A stretch of 64,000 nt of DNA from Caecitellus pseudoparvulus (GCA_965644315.1 CBFFRQ010000065.1:186001-250000); one strand, 5' to 3'; shown: positions 26,014-38,773, counted from the stretch's first letter. Notes: generated by a model from the letters alone, not told the origin. Made by a program: numbers and translations.

Positions 26014-27215
26014 ATGGCTGAGCTTGAGGGGTTCTTCGCCCAGGTGGGCCTGCTGGACAATGCCGCCCGGGGCTTTACCACCCTGCTTGTGCTCCCACAG
26101 CTGGTCACTGTGCGTCCGCGCTGCACATGCCACACGACGGCGTGGCGGCCGAGTTCCGCACCTGGTCCCCCTCCCCAGCGCAGCCCGTTCTCATGAACTG
26201 GTACACGAAAGACGGCAAGATCACCCCCAGCTATGAGGTGGACTTTGACGTTGCCATCTCGCAGCTTGCCTGCATTCTTGGCTTCATGGCCTGTGTGCTG
26301 GCCGTGCGTTTGTACTCCAAGTCTGCCGTCTCTGGTTTCGCAGCTGTGTGTGCGGGCGTCGTCGTCAGCTCCCTCTGCTACTTTCTGTTCGCATATGGAC
26401 TGCACAGGCCTGGGGCAGCCATCCCTGCCTCGGGCAGCACCCTGGACGAGTTGACCCTGGACTCCCTGCTGAAGATGCGGGGCAGCGTGACGCTGGCCCT
26501 GCTGGCGTGGACTCTGCTGCACCTCGCGTCCCCCTTCACCTTCCACGGCGCCGCCCTGCCCTTCTGCTGTGCGTCGTCGCTGGATGAAGACAGTCAGCTG
26601 GCCCCTGTCGCTGCCGGCATGCGTGGTGGCGCCGAGGAAGCCGAGGAGGCCTCCTGCTCCGCCACCTTCCTGCGGCTGCTGGCGGCAGTCCTGGCAGCTG
26701 TGAATGTCGCTGCAACCACCGTCATATTGGTGTACGGGCAAGAGCTAGGGCAGGGCATCCGGGTCATGTTCACGGTGTGGCAGGGGGGCGTGTGGCTCCT
26801 GCTCGCGGTGGGCTGCCTCCTGCCCTTTGACTCGGTCCGCGGCAGAGCGGCGCTGCAGACGCTCATTCTGTGGGGCTCCGCCCTGGCCAGCGCCTGGATC
26901 ACCACGTGGGCCGAAGTGAACTTCCCGGAACTGTCGGAGAAGTTTCCAGACAAGCACTTCCTCGGCTGGCCCGCGCACGCCGCCAACGCGACCCTCATCT
27001 TTGGACTCGCCTACGCCTGCATGGTGGGCTGTGTGCAGTTCACGCTGTGTGGCGGGCTTTCTGCGCCGCCTCGCTTGCCGTCAGATGCTTCTGTTGCCCT
27101 GCTGGGCGGCCAGGCAACCGCCTCGCTGCCTGCTTCAGGCCGGGAGTACACGCCCAGCGCTAACCGGCACGATGCCGGCAGCAGCTACCAAGCCGTCCCC
27201 GGCTACACGTTTTAG
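26014..27215 (+). CDS. Multi-pass membrane protein of unknown function (~8 hydrophobic segments)
   Basis: ATG 26014, phase-0 intron 26110-26183 joins the 362-aa ORF; repeated hydrophobic stretches; C-terminal YQAV tail. Confidence 0.7.
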
Positions 27216-27428
27216 GTTGTGTGAAATGAAGTGTCGTCCCCACCTTGCTTGCGTGGGCAGTTCACAGTGGCCGCCGGACAGACGGCAGCCAGAGCAGAGA
27301 CCGAGGCGTTGCACAGACACCGGCTACGCAGGCTGGCATGGGAGCAGTTCTCGCAAATTCGCGAAGTGAACACATGATGTAGGTCGTGTGTATGCAGTGC
27401 AAAAAGGGAAAACCAAGGACTGACCACG

Positions 27429-29057
27429 ATGGCCAGCACAGCTGGCACTAGCGCGCTGTCGCCTGCGGAAATCGATGCGACACGCCGGGGAGCTGAGGCC
27501 TCCAGCGCCGCCCCAGAGGTGCCGCCAGTGGAGTCCTGTACTCGCGTGTTTTTCTTTGGCACGTTGAGAGACGATTTGACACAGTGCGTGGGCGCGGAAC
27601 TCGTTGCTCATGGAGGCTAGGGCACTTGAAACGCAGTTTGACCCACTCACGCAGCGTGACCCATTTTTTCCCCCGCAGGTACCCAGACTGGTCAGCGCCG
27701 TTTCTCACTGAGGTCAGCAAGCATGTCAGCGACGTCCAGGATGCTTTCATGCCCGGTGTGTTGATGCTGTCCAGCGATGCCCCTGGCACACCCGGCGCAT
27801 ACCCCGCAAGCCAAGTCACCGACGACCCACAACACGTGCTCGTCGGCCGGCTGTGCACATTTGACGACCCAGCTGCATTCTGCGAAATCATGAAGGGTAT
27901 GTGCTGCGCGGCGCCTGCTGGCAACCTGTGCAGCCCTTGAGCACACCGCCCCACGGCGCCCTCACTTGGCAGCGGCTGACGTCATTGAAGGCTTCACGGA
28001 GGGCGGGTCTGACAATCTGTACCACCGGATCCTGCGGCCTGCGTGGGTGCTGGACGCCAAGGCGGGGGTGTGGACTCGGCATGATACCTGGGTGTACGTG
28101 TACGCCCGGCCAGTGGAGGGGCGGGCCTGGACGCCTGTGCCCGGTGGAGACTGGTCCCACCTTGGAGCAGCGCCGCTGCCTCTCACCCTGCCGACGCAAG
28201 GGACCACTGCTACAGCCTCTGCCGTGGCGGGGCCCTTGTTGAGCCTGCCCAGTCAGGACGCCGCCCCGACAGACGCCAGCGCGGCAGCAGGGGATGAGGC
28301 ACCCTCGCCGCCTGCGCAGATCATCCCAGACTTCCTCTTCCTGTCCAGCCGCCTGCAAGCTGCACACCTGCCCACGCTGCTGGAGCTCGGCATCACGCAC
28401 ATTGTGCGCCTGACGCAAGAGTGTGAAGGGGATGCAGTGCCGGTCTTCCCGCACCTCACGTACCTCGCCTTGCCCCAGCCGGATGAGGCGACCACCAGCC
28501 TCGCCCTCTACGCAGCGCACGCCCTGCCCTTCATCCAGAGCGTGTGGGGTCCCACTGCGCTGAAAATTGACGGAACGGGGCGAGACGCCAGCTGCTCTGG
28601 GCGGGTGCTGGTGCACTGCCGCGCGGGCATCAGCCGCAGTGCCAGCACTGTCCTCATGGCACTGGTGGGCTTGGCGGGCGCATCCCTCAGGGATGCCTGG
28701 TTGCACGTGCACAAACAGAAGCCCAACGCGGGCCCCAACGTGGGGTTCTGGTCTCAGCTGGCAATGTTCGAAGCAAAGGTGGCCAGTGGCGGCAGTCCAC
28801 CCCGCCTGCCCGACTGCACGCTGCCGCTGGATGTGTACACAGCTCTGGATGTCGTCCTCATGCTGCGGCAGCGCGATCTCCACGACTCTGCCCAGCGCGT
28901 ACCACCTGGGCCCCTGACGTTGGACTCCCTTGCTGAAGCTCAGCCCGACGAGGAAGACGCAGCTGCCCTGAGGCAGGCAGGGCAAGCACTGCAGAAGCAC
29001 GGACAAGACACGGGGGGCGCAATCATGGAACTCGCACAACTGTGGGCTGGCGTGTGA
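27429..29057 (+). CDS. Fusion of gamma-glutamylcyclotransferase (GGCT/AIG2-like) domain and dual-specificity phosphatase
   Basis: GGCT-like VFFFGTLR...ADVIEGF...LYHR...TWVYVY...VPGGDW; DSP LLELGITHIV, VLVHCRAGISRSAS, PNVGFWSQL. Introns 27584-27678 and 27897-27972 are frame-consistent. Confidence 0.8.
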
Positions 29058-29104
29058 GGCGCCTGTGCATTGCTCAGACGCGGGGTGGGGCGACGGCGGG
29101 CGCC

Positions 29105-30532
29105 TCAGGTGTACTTGAGTTCAGACGTCGTCTGCAGGGCAGTCAGCCCAACGCCGTACCCGGTGGAGGGAACTGGGAAGTCAGCAGAGAAGAAGTCCAG
29201 CGCCCCCACGTCGATGGGGACGTTGGTCCAGGTCTTCCCGCCGTCAGTGGTGTGATACTGCAGGGCGCCTTGGGGTCCGATCTCGCCAAACACGCCACCC
29301 ACCGCCATGGCCTCTGTCTCGGACAGGAAAGTCATGCCGGTGAGGGAGTACGTCCCGTTGGGCACGAACAAGGCCTCCTGCCACGTGCTGCCTGCGTCCT
29401 GGGTGCACCAGATGCGGATGCCGGGCGCGTTGCTGGTGTCCGCCTCGCCTGCCGCACAGCACCGGCTGGGCGTGCCGCAGTCCATCTCGTTAAAGTAGAA
29501 GTCGCCGGTGGAGTGGAATGCAGACTTCCAGGATGCGCCGCGGTCGTGGCTGACCAGCAGCTCGGCAGACCAGCCCGCGCCGGCAGAGGTGCTGGTGGTG
29601 GCGTCAGGCGTGGCGGTGGAGGTGAACTTCACGCCGTCCTTGTGGGCGATGACACGAGAGGTGACACGGCGGCCGCCCTGAGGCACCTCCACGGTGGTAC
29701 CATCGGGGAAGGTGCCGCTGGCAATGAACCAGTTGTTCCCGGCTGCAGCGCCGTAGCGAGGGATGGAGTGCGCGACGCTGGTGAGGTTCACAAGCTTCCA
29801 GTGGTGGCCACGGTCCTCAGACACGAGCATGCCGGCTTGCGCGCCGTCGTCGCCGCTCAACTCCGTCAGCTGCCCCACGGACACGAAGGTGCTGCCGGAA
29901 GAGAAGACTCCCTGCGACTCCACCACGTCCGTGCCCTCTGTGGCGACGAACCAGTGCTCGCCGTTGTCGTTCGAGACGAAGAGGTCGAAGGCGCCAAGCG
30001 CCACGATGCTCTCGTTGTGAGCAGCTGAGCCGAGGAACAGAAGGGCATCCTCGAAGATGGTGTTGTTCTTGGGGTGGGTCCAGGTCTTGCCGCCGTCCAC
30101 TGCGCAAGGACGGGGGTGGCAGGCGGGGTGTGCGAGGAGGTGGCCGGAGCACCCAGTTGAGGTGTGCTCGGCAGCCCAAGTTGCCGTTGGCGTAGCGCAC
30201 GCCATGCACCGCGTGTGCGGCACAGCAGCACTGCACTTGGAACTGGTGCTACAGTGTATATCGCTACGCACCAGTCTTGATCACAGTGGCGCCCACACCG
30301 TTCTGCACAGAGCAACATGAAAGGCTGGGAAGTGCACTGCACTTGCAGCAGGAGACTGAGCGAGCGGAGCCACCCAGGCACGCACGTCGTTGATGGGCAT
30401 GAATCCCGTCGATTCAGATGTGAAGCTCAGCGCAACGCCGGCCGAGCCGATATTGGGCGTCTGCACGCTCCAGGAGCCGGCGTTCACGGCAGCCAAGGCC
30501 GCCGTGGCCAGCACGGCGCTCAGAGATCGCAT
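29105..30532 (-). CDS. Secreted BNR/Asp-box beta-propeller protein (Ycf48/sialidase-like fold)
   Basis: Signal peptide MRSLSAVLATAALAAVNA; Asp-boxes TVDGGKTW, SNDNGEHW, SEDRGHHW, SHDRGASW, TQDAGSTW, TTDGGKTW; introns ~30303-30385 and 30100-30271. Confidence 0.8.
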
Positions 30533-30656
30533 GGTGTCTGCTGAGGAGGACGGACTCTCTTGCAAGCCACGAACCAGGGGAAAGAGCGCGGGCCGGCTAT
30601 GGTTGTGTGAATTGACCTGTGGTAAATCGCAGCCCTCCTGTGCCCCCTTTCCCACC

Positions 30657-31602
30657 TCAAAGGTGCCCCCCCTCCCGCAGCTCACTCTGCAGCGCCTGCA
30701 CTCGGGCCGCCTCGGCCGGAGGCAGGGCCGCCACCTGCTGGGCAGACAACTTGAAGGCCTTGCGCAGATCCTCTGCTTCCTGCCTGTGCTCCGCAGGCAT
30801 CGCTGCCAGCTGCTCCTCTGTCAGGTGCAGGACGCTTCGCAAGGCGTCACCCTGTGCTGCGCTTGCAGGGTCAGCTGGGGCAGGCGCGCCGGCGGGGGGA
30901 GCCAGCAAGCCAGCACCACTGGAGCCACTCGCACCGCTGTAGCCTTGAGGGGTCGCCGGCATGCCAGTTGCGCCTGGCGCCTGCCCCCCCCCCAGCATGC
31001 CTTGGCTGTGCAGACACAGCAAGCCGGCGGTTGCCAGCTGCGGCAAGGAGCCGAGGAGGCGCCGAGCCAGCTCTGGCTTGCTGTTGGCCAGCTCCCGGAG
31101 CTGGGACACGACCAGCCACTGTTCGTAGGGGGTCATGGAGCCCGTGACACGGCCCACCTCCGGCGCCACGCCTGGGTTGGCCCGCACTGCATCAGCGCCG
31201 CCAGCGTTGCCAGGCCGTGCGACTTGCAGCGGGCGCCCACCCAGCATCATGCCGTTCAGCTGGTGGCGAGCCCGCTCCGCAGCTTTGGGGTTCTTAAACT
31301 CTGCCATGCCGTACCCCTTGTGTGCTTTGGAGGAGTCCGAGGGATCCTGTTTCAAGCTGCGTGGAGCAGGGCACGAGAAGGGGCTGACCAGGCACGATGC
31401 TCGCGCCTGGCTGCGCAGGGCACGCACGAAAAGGAAAGCAGGTCGCCTGCCTCCTGCAGCACCTGCTGCACGAGTGAAGCTGGCACTTGCTGTCCCACAT
31501 TCCCCACTGTGGAAGGGGGTAGGTGGAGGTGCACATGCGGAAATAGACGCAGCGCCAGCCGCCTCCCTCACCATACACTCTCGCATCATCGCGTGACGCC
31601 AT
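30657..31602 (-). CDS. CSTF2: Cleavage stimulation factor 64 kDa subunit (RRM, hinge, C-terminal domain)
   Basis: RRM (VYF-GNV; KGYGMAEF; LNGMMLGGRPLQV), hinge SMTPYEQWLVVSQLRELANSKPELARRLL..PQL, C-terminal VLHLTEEQLAAMPAEHRQ; two short introns. Confidence 0.8.
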
Positions 31603-32224
31603 GGCCAGAGCAAGTGGGAACGACGAGCCTACACTACAGTTCCTGCCTGTGGCTCCTTACAGCCTGCCGTGCGGGAGGGAACTGAGCAGGGTACCGTTGC
31701 CAACTTGCGCCTGGCTTGCAGATCGAGCAAGCAGGTTTGACGGTGTCGTGCCCCAGCACACAGCGGCCATGGACTTGGGCAGGCGAACAAGGTGAAAACA
31801 ATTAATGTGCGTTGTGTTGTTTTATTTGTTTAGTGAGTGGGTTTGCATGCCGTGCTGATCGCCCGCCCGGTGGGCTCAGTGAGCTGGGCCAAGCGGTGAA
31901 TATTGGGCACAAGGCAAGGCAGCCTGAGGGCGTGTGGGCGAAGCTATGCTCGTTGGTGGATGCTCGGATTGCACTGAACCATGGACAGACGCACGGAGAT
32001 GCGGACGACTGGTCTCGAGTCTTGCAATGCAATTCCATGGCACTGTGGCCGGCTGAGCAAAATGGACGCCGCTGACTTATGCCCAGAGCACGCACACGTG
32101 CTTTGTGCCGCGTCTCCCACACCCTACCCAAGCTGCCCGGCGCGCGGTCTCTGCAGCAGGGGCCAGGCCGGCGCTGGTGCCTCTCAGTTGTGAGCCAGCA
32201 CCTGACTCGACTTGCAGCAGGCTC

Positions 32225-35200
32225 ATGGCAGAGCAGGGGGCACCTGCCAGTGGTCCACGGCGAGTCAGCCAAGTGGATTGGCACCACTACGACTCGGCAA
32301 CTGCGCAGCTCATCACTGAGGCGATGTCTGCGGCACAAGGTGAGCTTTCCCTGCCACGCTCGCACCCTGGCAGCACACTGACCTCCGTGACACTGCCGCG
32401 CCCCTCTCGGTATCCAGCGACGCTGAAGCTGTCGGAAGAGATGCATGGTGCAAGCAAAGAAGGCAAGGTGTCCTCCCATGGAGCAGGACGTGCTCATGAG
32501 GCACGCAGGGCTGCTCGCAGCGGGAGGGGTGCGGAATTAGAGGAAACAACGCCCGCCCAGGCTAAAGCGGTGAGTACAGGCGTTATTTTGCTGGCCAGTA
32601 CGACTCAAGCTGGAGAACTGGAGAGTGATCCGTCATGATTCAGCCAATGTGTCACATATCGCTGTTTGTTTTCGCGATCACGCCTTTCGCTGGTGTGCAC
32701 TGTGTTGCCGCTGCTTCCGTTGCAGGACGTTGCACCGTTCAGCGCAGCTGCGTTGCCGCCCGCTGCGACTGCTACTCCGCATGCCTCTGGGCAAGAGGAG
32801 GCTGTGGAACCTGACGCAGGCAAAACAAAACGCCCCAGTCTGTTGAAACGGCTCTCCGTCCGGTCCGCAGCGCCTGCCGAGGCTGGCCCAGGCGGTGTGG
32901 CGCCGGCGAGCGGCAAGCAGGCTGGCGTGTCGCAGCCTGCCGCTGTCGCGCAGGACAAGGCAGTCCCAGTGTCGCGCGGCGCTGGCGTGTCACAAGCAGG
33001 CACCTCGAAGCGCCCCCATGCCGCACATGCAAACCCCGGGCAGCTGGAGCAGAAGGGTGCCGACCCCTTCCACGCTGACACGGGCTTCGGGGATGACGTG
33101 GAGGCGGAGATAGCTGCGCTGTCCGAGTCGCTGGGTGCCAGCCTGGCCGAGGCCCTGGACGGCAAGGGCGGCGCATCTGCGCTGCAGCGGGCCCTGCGCA
33201 GCGCTCGTAAGGCGGGCGACGAGGCAGCTGAGGCAGTGCTGCAGACCCCGCCGCGCCCGAAGCGGGCGGCCCCCCGCCCCCCTCCGCCTGGCATGCAGCC
33301 GCCCACGTCCACCCCCACGTCTCCAGCTGCCAGCGCGGCGTCTTCCACCCACCAGACGCAAGCCTTGTCCCCCCCTCGTGGCCCCCCCCCTGGCGTGTCC
33401 CCGCCCCACCGCCAAGAAAAGCCCGACAGAGCAAGCCCGAGCCCACCACAGCGCAGCGCGCAACAAGCGGCGCCCGCTCCCAAAGGCACGCCCGCAGTCA
33501 GCACCAGGCCTGCCAGGCCGCCGCCACCCGGCATCAGTCCACTCTCCCAGCAAAGCAACGCGCAGGCCAGGGTACAGGCGCCACGGCCGGCCGCTGCTCG
33601 GCGGCAGCCGCAGACTGCTCCGAACCTGCCACCTCGGCGCGGTGCTGTGGGGGACGAGACGGCCACCGTGTCTGCTGAGACCGAGCAGCCTCCCGCCCCC
33701 CCAGTGGAGCTGCCCCTCACGCCGGTGAAAGCGTCCTCCCCCTCCCCGCGAAAGCGGCCGCCTCTCAGCGTGAGCGATGTTGCGGGGGGTGTCGTCATAC
33801 CTCCAACGCCGCCAGGGCAAAAGGAGCTAACGCCGGCACCAGCACCAGCTCCAGCACCAGCACCAGCTCCAGCTCCAGCACTTGAGCCAGCTGCAGCACC
33901 AGCACCTGAGCCAGCTGCAGCACCAGCTCCAGCTCCAGCACTTGAGCCAGCTCCAGCGCCAGCACCAGCACCATCACCAGCACCAGCACCAGCTCCAGCA
34001 CCAGCACCCGAGCCAGCTCCAGCACCAGCTCCAGCTCCAGCACTTGAGCCAGCTCCAGCACCAGCAGGTAGCTCTGCTGTATCTCCAGCTCCGGTGGCTT
34101 CTGGCCCCCATTCAGAAGAGCGGCAAGAGGAGGCTGCAGCTGTGGTTGTGGGCGGGACGGGCGCGGTGGCTGGGCCTGGACCAGCGGCTTTGTCAGCAAG
34201 CGTCAGCCCGATTCACCCCCCCTCCCCCCCCTCCTCGGCTGTGTCGTCGTCCACTTCCCCTGTGCCTCAGGCGGCCGGCGCTGGTGTCCACTCGGCTGGC
34301 AGTGACAGTGGAAAGGACTCCGACAGAGCAAACAGCACCAGTGAGGATAGCAGCGTGGTCAGCGCGGGCCCCCGTCTTGCAGTGCGATCCCCCCCCTCCG
34401 CACCTGCACCCAGTGCGGTTGACTCCCACGCGTCAACACCCTCGGAGGGCAAGCCCAGCAGCCCCTCCATTGCGCCGAGTAACGCTGATCAGGGGCAGGG
34501 TGAAGGGGGGGGCACAGACTCAGATTCTGTCTCCAGCAGCCGCAGCGCGACACAAAGTGAGGTTGAGCGGTCCAGCACTAGTGCCGTGGCGGGCAAGACG
34601 GAGGGGGGCTCCGCTGCGCCCAACCCCCCCTCCGGCCCCAAGGCGCCTTCTCTGGACAGTCTCCGAGTCAAGGTGCGGTTGGTGGATGGTGTGCCGTGCG
34701 TCATGGTGCCAGGGCGCGGGGGGGCGCCGCCAAGCCCAATGCCGTGGGAGACTTACCTGGTCCAGGTGTACCAGCCCTTCGCGGCGCTGTATAAGGAGTT
34801 GGTGGAAGGCGGCATGCCTGCTGACCAAGCCAAGGCAGCTGCCATGGCTGCAGTGCAAGGGGGCAATGTGGCTGCCGCCGCGGCGGCGGCAAAGGCTGCT
34901 GCGGCCTCGCCCAACCCCGCCCCAGCCGAGGCAGAAGGCGACGGTGAGGCAGGTGCAGCTCCGCCGCCCCAGCCGCCTGCACCTGGGCCACCGCAGGCCC
35001 AAGAAGCGCCGCGTGCGCCCGCTCCAGCCCCCGCCAAGCCGGGCCCGGGGGAGGGTGCGCAGCCTGTCGCCACACACGGCGCAGGTCAAGCACCCGCCCC
35101 CTCCGCGCCCACGCCACGCAGTCCAGCACCCACAAACAGCACAGCAGCGGGTGCTTCGCCACAGAAACCTCCCAGCAAGACAGTGGGCGTGGGCGTGGAG

Positions 35201-38062
35201 GCTGGTGTGCAGACGGATGGGGCTGTGGTCACTGTGCCTGTGTCAGGCCGGCGGTGGGTGGAGTCCGCTCAGCACCCCGCCCCGTCAGTGGATCCCACCA
35301 CCCCCCGTCGCATCCGGCGGATCCGGCGGTCAGGCAGCCAGCCCCCGCGGCGCAAGGCTGCCCCCCAGTCACACCGGGCCCGCTCCGGGCCAGCGCCTTC
35401 CCATGGTGTTGGCTCTGGTTTCGGCAGCAGTGCAGGGCGCTTCGACGGCGGGCGGAGGCGCCCACCTCCCCTCCGTAAGGGTCAGGGGAGGGGGGGTGGC
35501 GCCACACGCAGGCCTGCTCGACGCATTGACCCGCGAAGCGTTGGTCCACGTGTGGACACACGGCGGAGGGGGGCGGGGTACGCCCCCCCTGGGGCCCGTG
35601 GGAGGGGGGGTTCGGCCAGCAGCTCAGCGCATACCAGTCCCAGGCGTGTGCATGTGAGGGATTGGGAGGCCCCCCCCCCGGGTCTGGATGCTCCCCTGCC
35701 TCCCCACGTGGTGCAGACGCAGGCGTGGGAGCGAGGCGGAGGGGCCGAGTTTCCAGGGGGGTGGGAGGGGGGTGCAGGCGGCTTCGGGGGGGCCTCCTCT
35801 GAAACCGAGCACTTGCAGCGCGCGGCAGAGGCCATGCGCCCGGCAAGGGCGCTGGAGGGCTCCCTGCGTAGCCGCTTGCTGCGGCGCCTGCCTGCAGACA
35901 CCAGGGGCAGTGGAGGGGGCGTGCCGGGGCGGAGCATGGCGCCAGAGCCCCGCACACCGCCACCCCAGCCGGCACCCCGAAGCCCTGCCAGCCTGTCACA
36001 GCACACGTCCCCCCCCAGGGCGTCACCGCCCGCCGTGTCTCCCCACAGGACCACGCCTCCTAGCGGCGGGGTGGTGGCAGTGTCCCCCCGGGCAAGGGGA
36101 GGGACGCAGCACCCCAGCTGGGCCCCCAAACCCAGCGCCCCTCCCACTGTGCCTGCAGTGCCCAGCACCCACCCTTCCACACAGGGCGTGCCCTCCCCCT
36201 CAGGCGGAGGCGGCGCCCGCCCCCCACCTGTGGATGCACGTGGCGTGCTGCAGCCCAAGGCAGATGCGCGGGCCATCCACTCCCTGCTCCGAGAGCGCAT
36301 GGCTCGGGCGAAGGCGGCAGCGGCGCCGGGCGGGTCGACGTCGAAGTCCCCCCCTCCCGGTGTCGTGCAGTTGAAGCGCTCCATCGACTCTGCGCCGTTT
36401 GGTGCGTTCGGACCGGGCGGTGGGCAGACGCGGCGGGGGCGTGTGCCGACCCCCCCTCCACCGCCCCCCGCACAGCGCAGAGCCGACGACGCCTCCTCCG
36501 CGGCCTCTGCTGTGGGGGCGTGGAAGGCGGCGTCCCAGGGGCACCTGGCTCGGAGCTCGGCGCCCTCCAGCAGCAAGCCGTCGCCTGCCACAAGTGCTGG
36601 GGCGGGGGATGTGGCGAGTGTGGGGGGTGCGTCCGCCGCCACCTCCCGCCGCGGAGACAGCGTCGTGCCGCTGGAGGAGCTGCACACGACGGTGGGGCAC
36701 ATTCCCTCCTCCCTGCAGGCGCTGGAGCAGACGATGTCCGATGCCGACCTGGCCAGCATGGCGCAGGCGTACGCTGGGGCCACCACCCTGGTCACCGGCT
36801 CCGCCACGCCCATGCGCAGTCGGGCCCTGGACAACCTGGACGCCATGGTCAGTGCCCTCGCGAAGCAAGGCGCCAACGCTGCCCAAGAGCGGCCCGCAGG
36901 CAGGGGCAGTGACGAGGGTGTCAACCAGGAGGGTGCCGGACTGTCCCCCCCCAAGGAGCTCGCGGGGGGGGGGTCGGCGGTGCCCCGCCGGCACTCCATC
37001 GGGCGCCCTCCCCTGCAGCGCAGCTTGTCCACGCCCCTGGCCGTGGGAGGTGAGGGCGGGCGGCCGCGCAGCCACAGCCACACTCCCGGTGCCCAGGCCT
37101 CCCCCCCCACCCTGCGGCACATCCCCAGCGTGGGGTCCCTGACAGGCATGGGTGACGAGGAGGGGGGGGAGGGGGGCAGCATTGACGTGGAGCACTTGGT
37201 ATCGGGGGGGGAAGGGCCGAGGCCCCCTGCCACGCCCCTGTCCCTGGTGCCCAGCCCCTCCCCTGACACCCCTGCAGGAGAGGAGGCTGGCTTCTACTTG
37301 AACCAAGAGGCGTCCGCCAGGGGACAACCAGACAGCCCTGAGCGCCAGCTGGCCGCCAGCCTGGCCTCCCAGGCTCTGCAGGCTGCACTTGAGGGGACAC
37401 AAGGGGAAGCCAGTGAAGCCCCCGCCCAGCCCCGGCCGCGTACCGGCAGCACCGCTTCCGACGCGGCGGCTGTCGCATCGACACTGCCACGTCACCTAGT
37501 ACGCGTGCCCTCGTCGCCGCCTGACGCGGACGTGGACTCCCGGAGCAGCCACACGCCCCAGGACAGCGTGGCGCCGGGAGCTGGGCCGGGGACCGCCGCC
37601 CCGCCTGTCAGTCTGCCGCCCCCCCTGGCGCCCGTGTCCATCCCCCCCGACGTCACGGCACACCTGTCACGCCTGACATCAGCCGTGCCACCTCGCCCCT
37701 CTGCCTCTGACTCGGTGACCCGGCCTCCGGCCCCAGTTGGCGCGGAGGCCTACAGCGCCCCCCCCCAGCCCAAGTCCCCGGGGGGCTCTGGGCTCCCGCC
37801 TGGCCTTGCCGCCTCCCTGGCGGGCCTGCCGGGCTTCGCGGGGGACGGCAGTGGCACGCTGTTTTCCTCTGCTCGGCCTCTGCGCATGCCGCTGCCGGAG
37901 GGCGAGACTGCGCAGGAACTGATTCGGGACGGCACGACGAGGGGAGAAGTGCAGCGCGCACAGGCGACCAGTGTTCCCGCCGCGAACCGTGCCGGGCTGG
38001 CACTGGGGCCGGCACCGGCCGGGAGGGCAAGTCTCTCGGGCTCTGTGCGGCGTGGCGAGTGA
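32225..38062 (+). CDS. Very large Pro/Ala/Ser/Gly-rich, mostly disordered protein (~1900 aa)
   Basis: Uninterrupted 5.3 kb ORF plus upstream exon joined by phase-0 intron 32570-32725 (GTGAGT..TTGCAG); no recognisable domain. Confidence 0.7.
33833..34066 (+). repeat. Coding 6-bp tandem repeat (CCAGCA/CCAGCT) encoding (Pro-Ala)n with LEP/EP interruptions
   Basis: Directly visible, about 39 hexamer units; recurring CTTGAGCCAGCT blocks. Confidence 0.95.
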
Positions 38063-38163
38063 GGCCTGCGGTACGAGCGCTGGCACACTTCAATTCATCC
38101 CGCAGATGTGCATGCCCACTGCAGAAGGGGGCTCAAGGTGTGTGCCTGTGGTCAGTGACGGCC

Positions 38164-38773
38164 ATGGCAGGCACGTCTGGCGCCGCAGCTGCGGTGCAGA
38201 AAGTGAGGTGGCGTCCTTTCCGAGGCAGCCTGCTGCTTGCTCACACCCCGGCCACTGCCCACCCGCCTGTGCAGATCAAACACTACGTTTTCGAGGACGA
38301 GGAGTTCGAGGGCACCTTCAAGACTTGGGCTGAGGCGAACTGCCATGTTGTTGACTTGACGCTGCCCCCTGAGGAGCACCGGCTGGAGTACACCGACCTG
38401 CATCGGCAGGTACGACTTGGCGTTTCAGTGTGCGAAGCGGCGAAACTCCGCCTCACCACGCCAGCCCCCGCTCGCAGTTCACGGAACTGTTCAACAAGAA
38501 GTTAGACGAGCAGATCGAAGAAGAGGGGGTCTCAGTGGAGGACGTGTATGCGCACCTGGCAGAGATCATGGAGAAGAGCCCCATGAGCGAGGTGTGTGGA
38601 AAGTGGCGTGGGAAAGCGCTTCTGCCCTGCACGCAACGCCCTCGCCCCTTCCCCATGCACAGGACGCCTTCCTCGTGCGCATCATGCTGTCCATCACGGA
38701 CTTTCAAAGCTTCGTGGAGATGATGCGGGAGGTGGCGGAGGAGGTGCAGTCGGCAGGCGAGCGTAAGGAGTGA
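38164..38773 (+). CDS. BART-domain protein (ARL2BP/CFAP36-like)
   Basis: Spliced EEHRLEYTDLHRQFTELFNKKLDEQIEEEGVS...LSITDFQSFVEMM; phase-0 introns 38203-38274, 38410-38477, 38592-38662. Confidence 0.85.

Noticed and set aside
33882-35657. 591-aa alternate-frame ORF with QLQH repeats
   Set aside because: It is a frame-shifted reading of the Pro-Ala repeat in very GC-rich, stop-poor sequence.
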